A stretch of DNA of 64,000 nucleotides from Escherichia coli (GTDB taxonomy: Bacteria > Pseudomonadota > Gammaproteobacteria > Enterobacterales > Enterobacteriaceae): the NCBI RefSeq assembly GCF_030384885.1, contig NZ_CP128615.1; one strand, written 5' to 3'. Below are positions 1 through 11,663 of the stretch, one piece after another. The notes under the pieces were generated by a model, which searched no databases, was not told where the DNA came from, and saw only the letters and a list, made by a program, of their open reading frames with translations. The stretch's first letter is position 1, and each line of letters starts with the position of its first letter. Both the position numbers and the translations under genes were made by a program.

Positions 1-978
1 ATGGATAAGTCGTCCGGTGAGCTGGTGACACTGACACCAAACAATAACAACACCGTACAACCTGTGGCGCTGATGCGTCTGGGCGTCTTTGTACCGACCC
101 TTAAGTCACTGAAGAACAGTAAAAAAAATACTCTGTCACGCACCGATGCCACGGAAGAACTGACGCGTCTTTCCCTGGCCCGTGCAGAAGGATTCGATAA
201 GGTTGAGATCACCGGCCCCCGGCTGGATATGGATAACGATTTCAAGACCTGGGTGGGGATCATTCATTCCTTTGCCCGCCATAACGTGATTGGTGACAAA
301 GTTGAACTGCCTTTTGTCGAGTTTGCAAAACTGTGTGGTATACCCTCAAGCCAGTCATCACGCAGGCTGCGTGAGCGCATCAGCCCTTCCCTGAAACGCA
401 TTGCCGGTACCGTGATCTCCTTTTCCCGCACCGATGAGAAGCACACCCGGGAATACATCACCCATCTGGTACAGTCAGCCTACTACGATACTGAGCGGGA
501 TATTGTTCAGTTACAGGCTGATCCCCGCCTGTTTGAACTGTACCAGTTTGACAGAAAAGTCCTTCTCCAGCTTAAGGCGATTAATGCCCTGAAGCGACGG
601 GAGTCCGCCCAGGCACTCTACACCTTTATAGAGAGCCTGCCCCGGGATCCGGCACCGATATCGCTGGCGCGGCTGCGTGCACGCCTCAATCTGAAGTCTC
701 CGGTATTTTCCCAGAACCAGACGGTCAGACGGGCAATGGAGCAGTTACGCGAGATTGGATATCTTGATTACACGGAGATCCAGCGGGGGCGAACAAAACT
801 CTTCTGTATTCACTACCGGCGTCCCCGGTTAAAAGCGCCGAATGATGAGAGTAAGGAAAATCCGTTGCCACCTTCACCTGCGGAAAAAGTCAGTCCGGAG
901 ATGGCGGAGAAACTTGCCCTGCTTGAAAAACTGGGCATCACGCTGGATGACCTGGAAAAACTCTTCAAATCCCGCTGA
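1..978 (+). CDS. repA: RepFIB-type plasmid replication initiator RepA (Rep_3 family)
   Basis: 325-aa ORF starting at base 1; sequence recognised as IncFIB RepA-like; followed immediately by iteron-like repeats. Confidence 0.85.
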   Translation: MDKSSGELVTLTPNNNNTVQPVALMRLGVFVPTLKSLKNSKKNTLSRTDATEELTRLSLARAEGFDKVEITGPRLDMDNDFKTWVGIIHSFARHNVIGDKVELPFVEFAKLCGIPSSQSSRRLRERISPSLKRIAGTVISFSRTDEKHTREYITHLVQSAYYDTERDIVQLQADPRLFELYQFDRKVLLQLKAINALKRRESAQALYTFIESLPRDPAPISLARLRARLNLKSPVFSQNQTVRRAMEQLREIGYLDYTEIQRGRTKLFCIHYRRPRLKAPNDESKENPLPPSPAEKVSPEMAEKLALLEKLGITLDDLEKLFKSR

Positions 979-1004
979 ACATAAACTGTAGTCAGTGAAG
1001 AACG

Positions 1005-1250
1005 CCCCTTTACTGACTACAGCTTATATTAACCGGTGCAGTGAGTGCTCTGCTCACTGCAGTTTATATTCTGTTTCCTGCAGTACTGTCTGTAGCTGAG
1101 CTGCCATCTGCCTGTCCCTTACGTAAGTGATCCCGTAACCTGATGCTGAGGCATTGCTCCCTTCATAAAACATGACTTACTCACTACAGCTTATATACAT
1201 GCTCCAGCTTATGTTATGTCTGTTCTGCTGACCACAGCTTATATAAGGAA
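1005..1250. repeat. Iteron-like direct repeats of the RepFIB origin/incompatibility region
   Basis: Repeated ACAGCTTATAT-type motifs at about 1014, 1056, 1181, 1202 and 1231, directly downstream of repA. Confidence 0.65.
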
Positions 1251-1262
1251 GCGCGTATGCCG

Positions 1263-2003
1263 TCACCTCAGGGGAGGCAGTGTACGCAGGATCTCCGCAG
1301 CATCCCGCCCGTCACCTGTGAAAGGCACTGCCAGCGTGGCAGCCATATCCAGTGCAAACACCCGCGTATAAACCTCCATCGAACGTGGATCCCTGTGACC
1401 AGCCAGTGCCTGAATGACTTTCCGGGGCTGGCGGTGATAGAGCATGTGCATGATATAGCTGTGCCGGAAGGTGTGTGGTGTGACCGGAATCGAAAAGTGT
1501 ACCCCGTCAGCTTCGGCCCGTCTGACAGCCTGCTTCAGCCAGTTGCGCATGGTTTCATCGGTCACGGCCCATAATGGTTCACGACGACGGGGCCGGGTGG
1601 TGATCATCCAGCTTTCCATCTGCCTGACATAGCTTATATCTGTCAACGGAACCAGGCGCACTTCATCTTTTGGCGGGCGTCCGCGTCGCGCACGCACTTT
1701 TTCGGACAGGATCCGCACAAACGGTCTTACTCCATCCAGGTCAAATGATTCCGGCGTCAGCATCCGGGCTTCGCCAATACGCATTCCGGTATTCCAGAGG
1801 GTGGCGAACAGCATATGGTGACGCTGATCCGGCATATAGAAGAGAAGGGCACTCACTTCCGGGGCCAGCAGGTAGGCCGGTGTGGCCCCCGTGGAAGTGG
1901 CCATTCTTCTAAGGGAGAGCGCTGTTGCAAAATCCACCCCCGGCGCAATGGGTAACAGGGAAACGCGTTCTGGTGAATTCTGCAGGGGAATGACATTGTT
2001 CAT
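1263..2003 (-). CDS. int: Tyrosine site-specific recombinase (phage integrase family), RepFIB-associated
   Basis: 246-aa ORF with C-terminal HTFRHSY...LAGH...Y catalytic region; paralogous to the ORF at 26886-27677. Confidence 0.8.
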   Translation of the reverse strand: MNNVIPLQNSPERVSLLPIAPGVDFATALSLRRMATSTGATPAYLLAPEVSALLFYMPDQRHHMLFATLWNTGMRIGEARMLTPESFDLDGVRPFVRILSEKVRARRGRPPKDEVRLVPLTDISYVRQMESWMITTRPRRREPLWAVTDETMRNWLKQAVRRAEADGVHFSIPVTPHTFRHSYIMHMLYHRQPRKVIQALAGHRDPRSMEVYTRVFALDMAATLAVPFTGDGRDAAEILRTLPPLR

Positions 2004-2827
2004 GAGTTATTTTTCACGTAGCACACGCACTGTTTATGGATACAGGTATTCTGACCTGAACGCCCGGATCCTTCCACGACAATAAATCGCAGCGCGCGGA
2101 TCCTTTTGTTTGCTTATCACGCATTATTGCGGGTAAAACCAAATACGTAAAGGTATGTTTTGCAGCAGGGATCCCGTATTAAGCCAGTCGTGGCGCGGGC
2201 TGAGGGCTGGTTTGCCGTTTTTGGGAGAAATGGGGTAATGCCAGGGCAAAGATGATCGCAAGGAAAGGAGAAGAATACACAGAGAGGAGAGTTGCGCTAC
2301 GTGAATTCTGGCCCGGGACGTCACCCGTCCCCCTGACCGTTTGACTTTACTCAGGAAGGTTGCAGACTCAACATAGTGACTGATTTATATGTAATCCTGC
2401 CAATGATTAATATAAAAAATAATAATGATTATGCAAAAAATTACTTTCGATAAGATGTATATAATTACAAAACAAGAAAATATATGTGCCTGAAATATAT
2501 CATGCTGAAGATATGAGCTTATATAAGTACCTTATGTATTGCCTGATATACTATTTTCAGAACGGCATGTACATGAATCTGACTCATGATTGCCACTCTC
2601 TTATTTTTTAAGTCCTCGCAAATACAGATAAGTTCTGGCTATAGAACAAGAAAGTACTTTTTAGGAATTTGCATGTGGGTTAACATTTTTTTTGCTATAA
2701 AATACATACAGTTATGTTATCACTTTGCGTTTTGTGCTTAGATCAAAAAAGAATATTCTGATTTTGATAATGTTGAAGGTATTCTGTAAAAAAAATCATT
2801 ATTTATTTTCATCAATTTTGTTAGCGT

Positions 2828-5800
2828 TTGTTTTTATTATCTATTATGAAAGAATTAAAAAAGTTTAATAGATATGTCATGTGTTTCTTTTTGGGGGCTC
2901 GCTTAGCATACGCCGAAAGTATTGACGGTAGCAGTACCATTAATAATAGGGATATCTCCGGATCATTAAATATAGGGGTTTGGAAAGATGCAAGTGTTAA
3001 CATTAATGGCACTGTAAATATTAAACAATATTTTTCGGTAGCTACTTGTAATGGTCAATCAAGCACCTGCCCTACTGGTGGATTAAATGCATCAGCAAAT
3101 ATTAATAACTCTGCAAAGGTAGGTGCAAGTGTTACTATTGTTGGCGACTCTTCAAAGGGAATATTAGATATAGATGGTGGTAGCTCTCTATATACACAGC
3201 AATTATGGGTCTCTGGAAATGATAACGACAAAACCAGTAATTTCAGTGATGACAGTAATGGTTCATTGAAAATTAACAATGGAAGCAATGTTTTTGTCGT
3301 ATTATCTCAAGATAATACCCCATTTAAAGATAACCCGATAAAATGGGATCAAAAAATTATTTCACAAGGAAATAATATAACAGATGGGACGGTTTCCTCC
3401 GGGGATTTAGTCTTGGGTAAAACTGGCAATGGTATTATTGACATAGATAACAAATCAAGACTAGATGTAAAAAATGATGTGGTTGTATCTACGGGGGTCG
3501 ATGGCATTCCTAATGAAAAACCTTCGCTTATAAATATAAATAATGAAAGTGATTTCTTGATTCATGGAAACATGAAAGGAGGGATTTCTGCTGCAGGCAA
3601 GTTACAGTTAAATATGGATAGTAGTTCCAATCTGCGTGTTGATAACAATATTACTGTGGGGATTGGGAGTGGATCAGATATTTCTGTGAGTGCGGCTAAT
3701 GGAAGCTCTATATCTGCAACTGGTGATTTCACTGTAGCTACAGGAGATAATTCGAATGCTAATTTAAATTTAGATGCTTCAAACCTGACAGTGAATGGAG
3801 TTTCTACCATAGGAAGTGGAAATGGCTCCACAACTAAATTTGATATTCAGAATAGCTCTGTTGTAACAAGCGGCAGTGGTATGACTTTGGCTAAAGGTAA
3901 GGGTACACAGGCCAATATAAATATATCCTCTTCGAAGTTAAATACTGGTTCGCTATCAGTTGGTGAGGGAGAGGCTGCTAAAGTCACAATGACCGGAAAT
4001 GGAGCTACCGTTAGCACCGGTAATTCCTTCACTGTTGCAAAAGGTAATAATGCATCCGCGACGCTGGATTACACTGATTCGGAAATTGATATCGGTAGTG
4101 GTTATATCGGAGAGGGCGACGCTGCTGAGACCCAGCTGGAGCTGAATAATTCGAAACTGACTGCCAGTGATAAGGTATTTATCGGGCAGGGAGATACAAC
4201 CCAAACAAACCTGACATTAAATAATCATTCGTCAGTAAATGTGTCCGGTGAGATGTCAGTGGCCCGGGGAAGTTCTGCTTCGGTTGATGTGACTGTTACT
4301 AATGCAATGTTGTCTGCTGACTCTCTGTCTCTTGGTGGAGGAGAAGCTGCTAAAGTCACAATGACCGGAAATGGAGCTACCGTTAACAGCGGTAATTCCT
4401 TCACTGTTGCAAAAGGTAATAATGCATCCGCGACACTGGATTACACTGATTCGGAAATTGATATCGGTAGTGGTTATATCGGAGAGGGCGACGCTGCTGA
4501 GACCCAGCTGGAGCTGAATAATTCGAAACTGACTGCCAGTGATAAGGTATTTATCGGGCAGGGAGATACAACCCAAACAAACCTGACATTAAATAATCAT
4601 TCGTCAGTAAATGTGTCCGGTGAGATGTCAGTGGCCCGGGGAAGTTCTGCTTCGGTTGATGTGACTGTTACTAATGCAATGTTGTCTGCTGACTCTCTGT
4701 CTCTTGGTGGAGGAGAAGCTGCTAAAGTCACAATGACCGGAAATGGAGCTACCGTTAACAGCGGTAATTCCTTCACTGTTGCAAAAGGTAATAATGCATC
4801 CGCGACACTGAATTACACTGATTCGAAAATTGATATCGGTGGTGGTTATATCGGAGAGGGCGACGCTGCTGAGACTCAGCTGGAGCTGAATAATTCGGAA
4901 CTGACTGCCAGTGGTAAGGTGTTTATTGGGCAGGGAAATACAACCCAAACAAACCTGACATTAAATAATCATTCGTCAGTAAATGTGTCCGGTGAGATGT
5001 CAGTGGCCCAGGGAAATTCTGCTTCGGTTGATGTAACAGTCACTAATGCAGTGCTGTCTGCTGACTCTCTGTCTCTTGGTGGAGGAGAGGCTGCTAAAGT
5101 CACAATGACCGGAAACGGAGCAACGATTAGCAGCGGCAATACTTTCACGGTCGCAAAAGGTAATAACGCATCTGCAGCGCTGGACTACTCTGATTCAAAA
5201 ATTAATATCGGTAATGGATATATCGGTGTGGGCGAAAAATCTCATACATTACTAAAACTGGACAACTCAATTTTCCATGCCGCTGGGAATATTGATATAG
5301 GTAAAGGCAGCTCTACTATAGCTACTGTTTCTGTCGGGGCTGGTAGTAATATGTCAATAAAAGGGAATGCTAGTATTGGCGTTGGAGATCAGGCTAAAGC
5401 AAAGTTTTCAGTAAAAGATAGTGTGCTGAATATAGGTAGTAGTCTGGTTCTCGGACAGGGGAATAGTACCGAAGCAGAAATGTCTGTTGAGCATTCTCAG
5501 CTTTATAGTGGTAGCCTGTTGCTTGGGACGGCTAACAATGCTGTCGTTTCTATGGATGCTAATGATGCAGGGATATCTGTCGTGGGAGATTATATAGTAG
5601 CAAAAGGTGATGGTTCAGAAGCTACGTTGATTTATAAAAACTCAGATATTAATCTTGGGAATGGTATACTAGGTGCTGGTTCCGGAGTAAAAACAGATTT
5701 ATCATTGGATAACAGTAAATTTGTTGCATCTGATGGAATAATCATCGGTGAAGGTGATAATGCCATAACTAATCTTTCTATCTCTGATCACTCTGTGTTT

Positions 5801-7783
5801 AAAGGAGAACGTATAAATATTGGTAATGGTGCATATTCAAAAAATTCTATAAGTATAACCGGAAATTCCATATTTGATTTCGGATCATCTCAGGAATCAA
5901 CCATTGGTGAAGGTGATTACAGCCAGTCGTTAGTTACCATTAATGATGCATCAGTTTATGGTGATGGTTCATTAACTCTGGCAAAAGGTAATAATAGTTT
6001 TGCAGTACTGAATCTTCAGGATAATGCAGTGACTAATGCCAACAACATTTCACTTGCTACAGGACTGGGCAGTAAAGCAATCGTGAATGTTAGTAATATG
6101 AATTCCGGACAGTTCAATCCTGTATCTATGGGAGCAGGAGATGGTTATGCGGAAGTAAATTTTGATGGTGTTAATGGCTATACACTCTCAACTAATTTCA
6201 TTTGTATGGATTCCGGTTCATGTGCAGACACTGTCATAAATGTAAACAGAGGGACAGTTTCTCTGTCAGGAACAAATGACTGGAAAGGGCAGATAAATGT
6301 TTATGACGGAACCCGACTGGATGCAAGGGGGAATGATGCCGTTGATGGTATACTGAATGTCAGCAAAGAAGCACAGGTTGACTTTAACGGATACTCGCAG
6401 CATATGACAGGGATAGATAATAAAGGGATGATTTATCTTTCTGACGGAAGTGCTTCATCAGATGTGTATCTGGATAAAGATTATGTTGCACATGATGGTT
6501 CCGGTGTACAGTTCGGGATTTTCGGGCAGAAAGAGGCGGATGTGATGCATGTTAAAGGTGATACATCCGGGAGTTCAGGTATAGTTGTCACGACAAACAG
6601 TAAAAATAAAATAAAGAAAGGTGGCGACATTCTTCTTGTTGAGGTTAATGGGGACTCATCAGGTAGTTTTTACCTTAACTCACTGATTAAGAATGGTAAG
6701 GAGTATAAGGTGACAGGTGACTACATTGATGTGGGGGCCTGGGAGTATGCGCTGAACAAGAAAAGGAAGAATTGGTATCTGAGTGTGGATATGCGTCCTG
6801 AGCCAGGTGCGTTTATAAACAATAGTAAAAGTATGTTAGATATGTTTGCTCTACAACGGTATGACATACCCGGGCAACATCGTTATCCTACATTGTTTGA
6901 AAACTTATATAACAATGGGATGTGGATTCAATTTAACAACAACTCAGGTAGTAATAGTGAGGTGTATGATAATCTCAAGACCAGTTATAGTTTAAATACT
7001 ATGATGATTGGAGGGGATATATACAATTGGACTGATGGATATAACTATTCACATATCGGGATAATGGGCGGGATGGGGAGTGCCGCTAACAAAACAACGT
7101 CAACAAATAATAAAAGAGCTACCGGAAATGTAGACGGTTATACTCTTGGGCTTTATCATGTATTTCAACAAAATATCAGTGATGGACTAAATGAGTCAGA
7201 ACGTCAGGGGCTGTGGACTTATTCGTCTATACAATACATGGATTATGATAACAGCGTCAGTTCAACAAATAATTTCAAGGCTAATTATGGTGTAAATGGT
7301 TTTCGCCTGACAGGTGAGGTTGGTTATCTAAAAAATATAGGTGGCATACAACCAAGCGATTTCTACGTTGAACCTAAGTTATACCTTTCGCATACTGAGT
7401 TGTCTGGAGGTGTAGTTGAAGATCTTCAGGGAGGGAAAATAACTTATCCGAATTCGCTAACTATTATTGAACCAGGAGTATTTTTCTCTTATCGAAAAAC
7501 TCATGAATCGACTTCCAATGATGAAGCAATGTTTAAAGATTATATAAAACAATCTGTAGTCGATGCATGGTTTGGTGGGGGGTATTCATTTAAAACTGGA
7601 AATTATAGTCGTACTAACTTTGATTCAGATATGGTTGAATATAATACATCGGATAATTTCGCTCTTAAGAGTGGTGTTGAATTTGAATTTTTGAAGGATG
7701 CACGTCTTTTATTAACATCCTCATACTCAATAAATAATGATCGCAACTTGAGTTTTATTCTTGGTGGCAATTATTATTTTTAA
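2828..7783 (+). CDS. Autotransporter (type Va) adhesin-like protein with repetitive beta-helical passenger and C-terminal beta-barrel
   Basis: 1651-aa ORF; N-terminal signal-like segment ending LAYAES (start may be the Met at 2846); Gly/Asn/Ser/Thr-rich repeats; C-terminus ends in aromatic ...NYYF typical of autotransporter barrels; AT-rich. Confidence 0.8.
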   Translation: MFLLSIMKELKKFNRYVMCFFLGARLAYAESIDGSSTINNRDISGSLNIGVWKDASVNINGTVNIKQYFSVATCNGQSSTCPTGGLNASANINNSAKVGASVTIVGDSSKGILDIDGGSSLYTQQLWVSGNDNDKTSNFSDDSNGSLKINNGSNVFVVLSQDNTPFKDNPIKWDQKIISQGNNITDGTVSSGDLVLGKTGNGIIDIDNKSRLDVKNDVVVSTGVDGIPNEKPSLININNESDFLIHGNMKGGISAAGKLQLNMDSSSNLRVDNNITVGIGSGSDISVSAANGSSISATGDFTVATGDNSNANLNLDASNLTVNGVSTIGSGNGSTTKFDIQNSSVVTSGSGMTLAKGKGTQANINISSSKLNTGSLSVGEGEAAKVTMTGNGATVSTGNSFTVAKGNNASATLDYTDSEIDIGSGYIGEGDAAETQLELNNSKLTASDKVFIGQGDTTQTNLTLNNHSSVNVSGEMSVARGSSASVDVTVTNAMLSADSLSLGGGEAAKVTMTGNGATVNSGNSFTVAKGNNASATLDYTDSEIDIGSGYIGEGDAAETQLELNNSKLTASDKVFIGQGDTTQTNLTLNNHSSVNVSGEMSVARGSSASVDVTVTNAMLSADSLSLGGGEAAKVTMTGNGATVNSGNSFTVAKGNNASATLNYTDSKIDIGGGYIGEGDAAETQLELNNSELTASGKVFIGQGNTTQTNLTLNNHSSVNVSGEMSVAQGNSASVDVTVTNAVLSADSLSLGGGEAAKVTMTGNGATISSGNTFTVAKGNNASAALDYSDSKINIGNGYIGVGEKSHTLLKLDNSIFHAAGNIDIGKGSSTIATVSVGAGSNMSIKGNASIGVGDQAKAKFSVKDSVLNIGSSLVLGQGNSTEAEMSVEHSQLYSGSLLLGTANNAVVSMDANDAGISVVGDYIVAKGDGSEATLIYKNSDINLGNGILGAGSGVKTDLSLDNSKFVASDGIIIGEGDNAITNLSISDHSVFKGERINIGNGAYSKNSISITGNSIFDFGSSQESTIGEGDYSQSLVTINDASVYGDGSLTLAKGNNSFAVLNLQDNAVTNANNISLATGLGSKAIVNVSNMNSGQFNPVSMGAGDGYAEVNFDGVNGYTLSTNFICMDSGSCADTVINVNRGTVSLSGTNDWKGQINVYDGTRLDARGNDAVDGILNVSKEAQVDFNGYSQHMTGIDNKGMIYLSDGSASSDVYLDKDYVAHDGSGVQFGIFGQKEADVMHVKGDTSGSSGIVVTTNSKNKIKKGGDILLVEVNGDSSGSFYLNSLIKNGKEYKVTGDYIDVGAWEYALNKKRKNWYLSVDMRPEPGAFINNSKSMLDMFALQRYDIPGQHRYPTLFENLYNNGMWIQFNNNSGSNSEVYDNLKTSYSLNTMMIGGDIYNWTDGYNYSHIGIMGGMGSAANKTTSTNNKRATGNVDGYTLGLYHVFQQNISDGLNESERQGLWTYSSIQYMDYDNSVSSTNNFKANYGVNGFRLTGEVGYLKNIGGIQPSDFYVEPKLYLSHTELSGGVVEDLQGGKITYPNSLTIIEPGVFFSYRKTHESTSNDEAMFKDYIKQSVVDAWFGGGYSFKTGNYSRTNFDSDMVEYNTSDNFALKSGVEFEFLKDARLLLTSSYSINNDRNLSFILGGNYYF
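3952..5230. repeat. Tandem array of about 3.4 near-identical 372-bp (124-codon) coding repeats inside the autotransporter passenger
   Basis: Protein repeat LSVGEGEAAKVTMTGNGATV...NAMLSADS recurs; DNA copies at about 4256-4627 and 4628-4999 differ by only a few bases; antisense ORFs recur at 372-nt spacing. Confidence 0.9.
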
Positions 7784-7829
7784 TCGTTACTGGTGAGGGT
7801 TAGCAATCGTCCAGCAAATTATTTGCAGG

Positions 7830-8102
7830 ATGATTGCTATATTCTGTCATTGGTTTTTTGAGGTAACAATGGTAAGATATCATGGCGAATTTACATACTA
7901 TGTTTATCAACAATCTGGACGTTACTTTTTTTGTAAGAAGCTAACGAAAAAGAGAGATACATCAAATTGTAATCATCTTCATATAATTCGAGAATTATCC
8001 TTCAATGAGGACGAGTTAGAATTAATAGATTTCAGCACAGACGGTTTGGACGCAAATGATAAAGAAATAATCAGGGGAATGATTGATGTGTTGAAAAAAT
8101 AA
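7830..8102 (+). CDS. Hypothetical protein
   Basis: 90-aa ORF in AT-rich DNA; no recognisable motif. Confidence 0.25.
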   Translation: MIAIFCHWFFEVTMVRYHGEFTYYVYQQSGRYFFCKKLTKKRDTSNCNHLHIIRELSFNEDELELIDFSTDGLDANDKEIIRGMIDVLKK

Positions 8103-8224
8103 ATATGTAAAAAAAGAATGTTTTATCAAATGTAACATATTTTCTTTTTTGTGCATGTATCTACCATAATCAAAGTAAATATATGCTTTGTATGTTGTTG
8201 ATTCGAATTAAATAATTTCCGACA

Positions 8225-8425
8225 GTGTATATGATCGATTATATGTTTTGGATAGGGGTTGTACTTTGGTCTACAGTAATAGTCATGTGGTTTTATGATA
8301 ACAAGGCATCATGCTCTGGACTTTTTGCCTTAAGTATATTTATATTTTCAGGTGGAGTTATGATTATGTTGTTTTTAATATCTTTTTTATATGGTGTAAT
8401 ATCAGCGTTAGGCCTTGCGGTATGA
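8225..8425 (+). CDS. Hypothetical small membrane protein
   Basis: 66-aa ORF, two hydrophobic segments. Confidence 0.3.
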   Translation: MYMIDYMFWIGVVLWSTVIVMWFYDNKASCSGLFALSIFIFSGGVMIMLFLISFLYGVISALGLAV

Positions 8426-8528
8426 AATTAATCATTGCGGTTGATTTATTCTCAAGTTGAACTTAAAGAAATCATGCTTATGTAAATATACTATTAAAAG
8501 ACAAAAAGAAGCCATTTAACCTGGAGGA

Positions 8529-9224
8529 GTGATGTATAGAGTTAATCATATTATGAGAACAATAAATGAAATGAGTTCTTATACTCCGCACATGAAAGTA
8601 AACAGAATTGCTGAACGGTTGAGTAAGGTGCAAAAAATATCTTTTTGCATCTCTGTTATTTCTTTTTTTCTTCTTGCCATAATTACTTTGACATATGGGC
8701 CGTTTAATACAAAAAGTAACTTGAGTTTTATTAGCGCATTATCTCTTTATTTTATTAATGTCATTATGGGAGTTACATATTTATCAGTTCCTGTAATTAA
8801 TACAATAAAGTATATATATAATTTTAAAGGGGAGGTGGTCAATGAATTAATATATGACATTGATAGTGATGAGCAACATATTGAAGCATTGTTACCTTAT
8901 TCATTAGAAGAGTTGACATATGTGTCAAACTGTATACAGGTAAGAATTCCCAAAATAAAATCAAAATGTTTCTTATGGGGAGGCGGGAAAACAGCAATTA
9001 TATCAATTTTATGCCTATCGTATTCGGCTATTTGTATCGTTAATGGAGGTAGCATAGATGGTATTTTTGTTGGGGAGACTGGTGATAAAATTATTGTCGC
9101 CATCATGTTTTTTATACTTTACACATCATTGATGAATATGTTTTTCAAACAAAAATTGCTATATTTACAAAATTTAAAAATGATAATAGATATGACTATA
9201 AAGATAAAAAGAAATTTCACATGA
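8529..9224 (+). CDS. Hypothetical multi-pass membrane protein
   Basis: 231-aa ORF with several hydrophobic helices; GGAGG RBS-like sequence upstream. Confidence 0.4.
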   Translation: MMYRVNHIMRTINEMSSYTPHMKVNRIAERLSKVQKISFCISVISFFLLAIITLTYGPFNTKSNLSFISALSLYFINVIMGVTYLSVPVINTIKYIYNFKGEVVNELIYDIDSDEQHIEALLPYSLEELTYVSNCIQVRIPKIKSKCFLWGGGKTAIISILCLSYSAICIVNGGSIDGIFVGETGDKIIVAIMFFILYTSLMNMFFKQKLLYLQNLKMIIDMTIKIKRNFT

Positions 9225-9865
9225 CTGCTACTCTAAAATAAAACAACACATGGGAGACTGTCTATTATTATTAATAACGAGTAACATTTGTTATTGCCAT
9301 TTATGGTGCTCCCGGGATCAGTTTTAACCATAAGCAAGAAAATGTTTCTTTGAACGGTTAGACATCACAAATGAGCGTCTGCCAAAAGTTGATGTAGCGC
9401 TTGCGGAATGTGTTGAGATTATATAGGGAAAGAACTACGGGGAATTATTATTGCCAGGCTTTCTCCTATGAATTTTAGCCATATCAATAGACCTTTGCTC
9501 TCAGTAACGCAAAGAGAGCATCTTTACTGATTGAAGGTAGTCAAGCGACATATGGTCACTTATTTTCTCATGTGTCGCTTGACACTATCCTGAAGTTTTT
9601 TAAGTCGATTTACGTCACCCAAAATGAAAAACTCCTTTGCATGAGTATTCATAATAATATCACAATGGTAAAGCTACATGACAGACATCTTAACTTAGTC
9701 AAGAGAGTACATAACAACTTTGCTATTACATATATTCAGGGTTGTTTGTAGTGGTTCACAAAATCAGGACACTGGAATAACCTGTTTCCACTTTTCTTCA
9801 TGTAAGCAAGGCGATAAACCACCATTGTTTGTATGAGGTCGATAAACGTTGTAATAACAATTTAT

Positions 9866-10117
9866 CTACTGCTTTATATCGCGTACTGCATGACTAAAAT
9901 CACCATAACCACCCTTCGCAAGCCATTTACTTTTAAATCTGTGAAAGACTCTTCCCATCGGCGAATTATCCAGGTAATTCCCTCTGCGACTCATACTTTG
10001 CATCGTCTCATAACGGCAGAGTAAAATTTTGTATTTATTGCTTTTATATTGAACACCTTGATCTGAATGCAACATCAGGTGGCCATCACGCGGTTGTGTT
10101 TCCTGAGCACTATGCAA
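9866..10117 (-). pseudogene. IS3-family transposase (OrfB) C-terminal fragment
   Basis: [10 protein letters not shown]...[15 protein letters not shown] integrase-core remnant; no intact element. Confidence 0.5.
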
Positions 10118-10177
10118 GTAAACGGCTCAACAGAACAGTATTGATATTTACTGAGCGGCCAGATCAACTTTTCAGGG

Positions 10178-11383
10178 TTACAGATCGCGTACCAGGTTTG
10201 CCGACCAGTCCTGGATATGTTCAATGCCGTAACACAGCCATTTTTCCAGCTCCACATTATTCAGACGGCATGTGCCGATCAGCGAGTACAGCACCGCCGC
10301 ATGTTCGCCACCACTGCCGGAACCCGCGAAGAGCCAGTTCTTCCGGCCTATGGCCACTCCCCGTAAGGCGTTCTCTGCGATGTTGTTGTCGATTTCCACC
10401 CAACCATTACTGCAGTACACGTTCCGAGCATCCCGCTACTGCAGCAGGTATGCAAACGCTTTTGCCGTATCCGAGTGACGCGCCAGTGTTTTCATCTGAG
10501 TCTGTATCCAGTCGTACAGTGACTGCATCAGTGGCGCAGGTCTGGCTTTTCTTGCCGCCAGACGCTGTTCTGCTGAACAGCCCCGGACCGCAACCTCGAT
10601 GGCATACAGTTCACTGATACGCTGCAGGGCTTCCATGGTGACGTCGGTTGGCGCTCTTGCATGCACATCGTGGATTTTTCTCCGGGCATGGGCCATACAC
10701 GCGGCTTCCGTTATTCTGCCTGATTCGTATAACGCCCGGTAGCCACCGTAAGCATCGGCTTGAAACACACCGCTGTAACCGGCCAGGTGATTTTGTGAAT
10801 GGATACCTTTCCAGCCGGACTGTACGCGAACCAGACCGCCGGGGGCATCTCCGAGCCGGCATCACGGTCATCACGGACGTAGCACCACTGCCGGACGGTT
10901 CGAGTTTTACCGGCCATCAGCACATACTGGCGCAGTATGTTATACAGCAGCTCCAGTAGTTCGCAACGGAACAGATCCAGCGTGGCACGCCTCAGCTACA
11001 CGCCCTGGCGACGGTATATTTCTGACTCGCGGTATAATGGCAGATGGTCTGCATATTTCCCGGTGACTACATGGGCCTAAAGCCCCGGTCCGGAATAACT
11101 GCTGAAGGCTCAGGTGTCTGCACGATATAGTTGCACCGGCAACAGGCCTGTTTCGGGCGTTGTGTTTCGATAACCTTAAAGGTGCAGCTGATAAGCTCTA
11201 GCAGCTCTGACACATTACACCCCAGAGGGCTGAGCTCACCACCACAGGCCGGGCAGCATTCCTCTTCCGGCCGGATGACCCTGGCTTCATAGGGAAGTGA
11301 GGCTGGTAACGATTTACGGGCTGAAGACTGGCGCAGGGAAGATGGCAGTGCCGGGTCATATTGCTCACCAGTGTTTCTGCCAT
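10178..11383 (-). pseudogene. IS66-family transposase (TnpC) remnant, multiple frame breaks, interrupted by IS3
   Basis: Adjacent ORF pieces (10178-10420, 10436-10768, 10711-10923, 11198-11383) with IS66 TnpC-like sequence in different frames. Confidence 0.6.
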
Positions 11384-11663
11384 TTCCTCCTGAAGTGCGC
11401 TGATTCGCTCCTGTGCTTCCTGTATTTACCGTTCGATTTTTGCGCGAAGTTTTTCTGAGCTTTTACCGAACTGCATGCGCTGCAGTTTTGCAACCAGCGA
11501 CTTCAGCCGGTTGGTTTCGGAAGCATAAGTCGCCACCTGCGATGAGAGCAGGCGGTTGTATTCATCCATCTGGCAGATGGTGTCCTGTTGCTTCTTCAAC
11601 CGTGCCAGCCACTGGCCTGCATCAACACCACTCTGATCCTACCCACGTAATATGGACACAGGC

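Noticed and set aside
1257-1574. 105-aa plus-strand ORF overlapping the int gene
   Set aside because: Antisense to the tyrosine recombinase, which has clear catalytic motifs; no independent support.
3956-4948. Three antisense ORFs (82, 106, 106 aa) recurring at 372-nt spacing inside the autotransporter
   Set aside because: They are the reverse-strand shadow of the tandem coding repeats; identical spacing and near-identical sequence show they are artefacts of the repeat, not genes.
3952-5230. Regularly spaced repeats that could suggest a CRISPR array
   Set aside because: Repeat unit is 372 bp with no short spacers, lies in frame within a long ORF, and no cas genes are present; it is a coding tandem repeat.
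10096-10959. Plus-strand ORFs (173 and 103 aa) across the IS66 remnant
   Set aside because: Lie antisense to recognisable IS66-family transposase fragments; composition-driven open frames.
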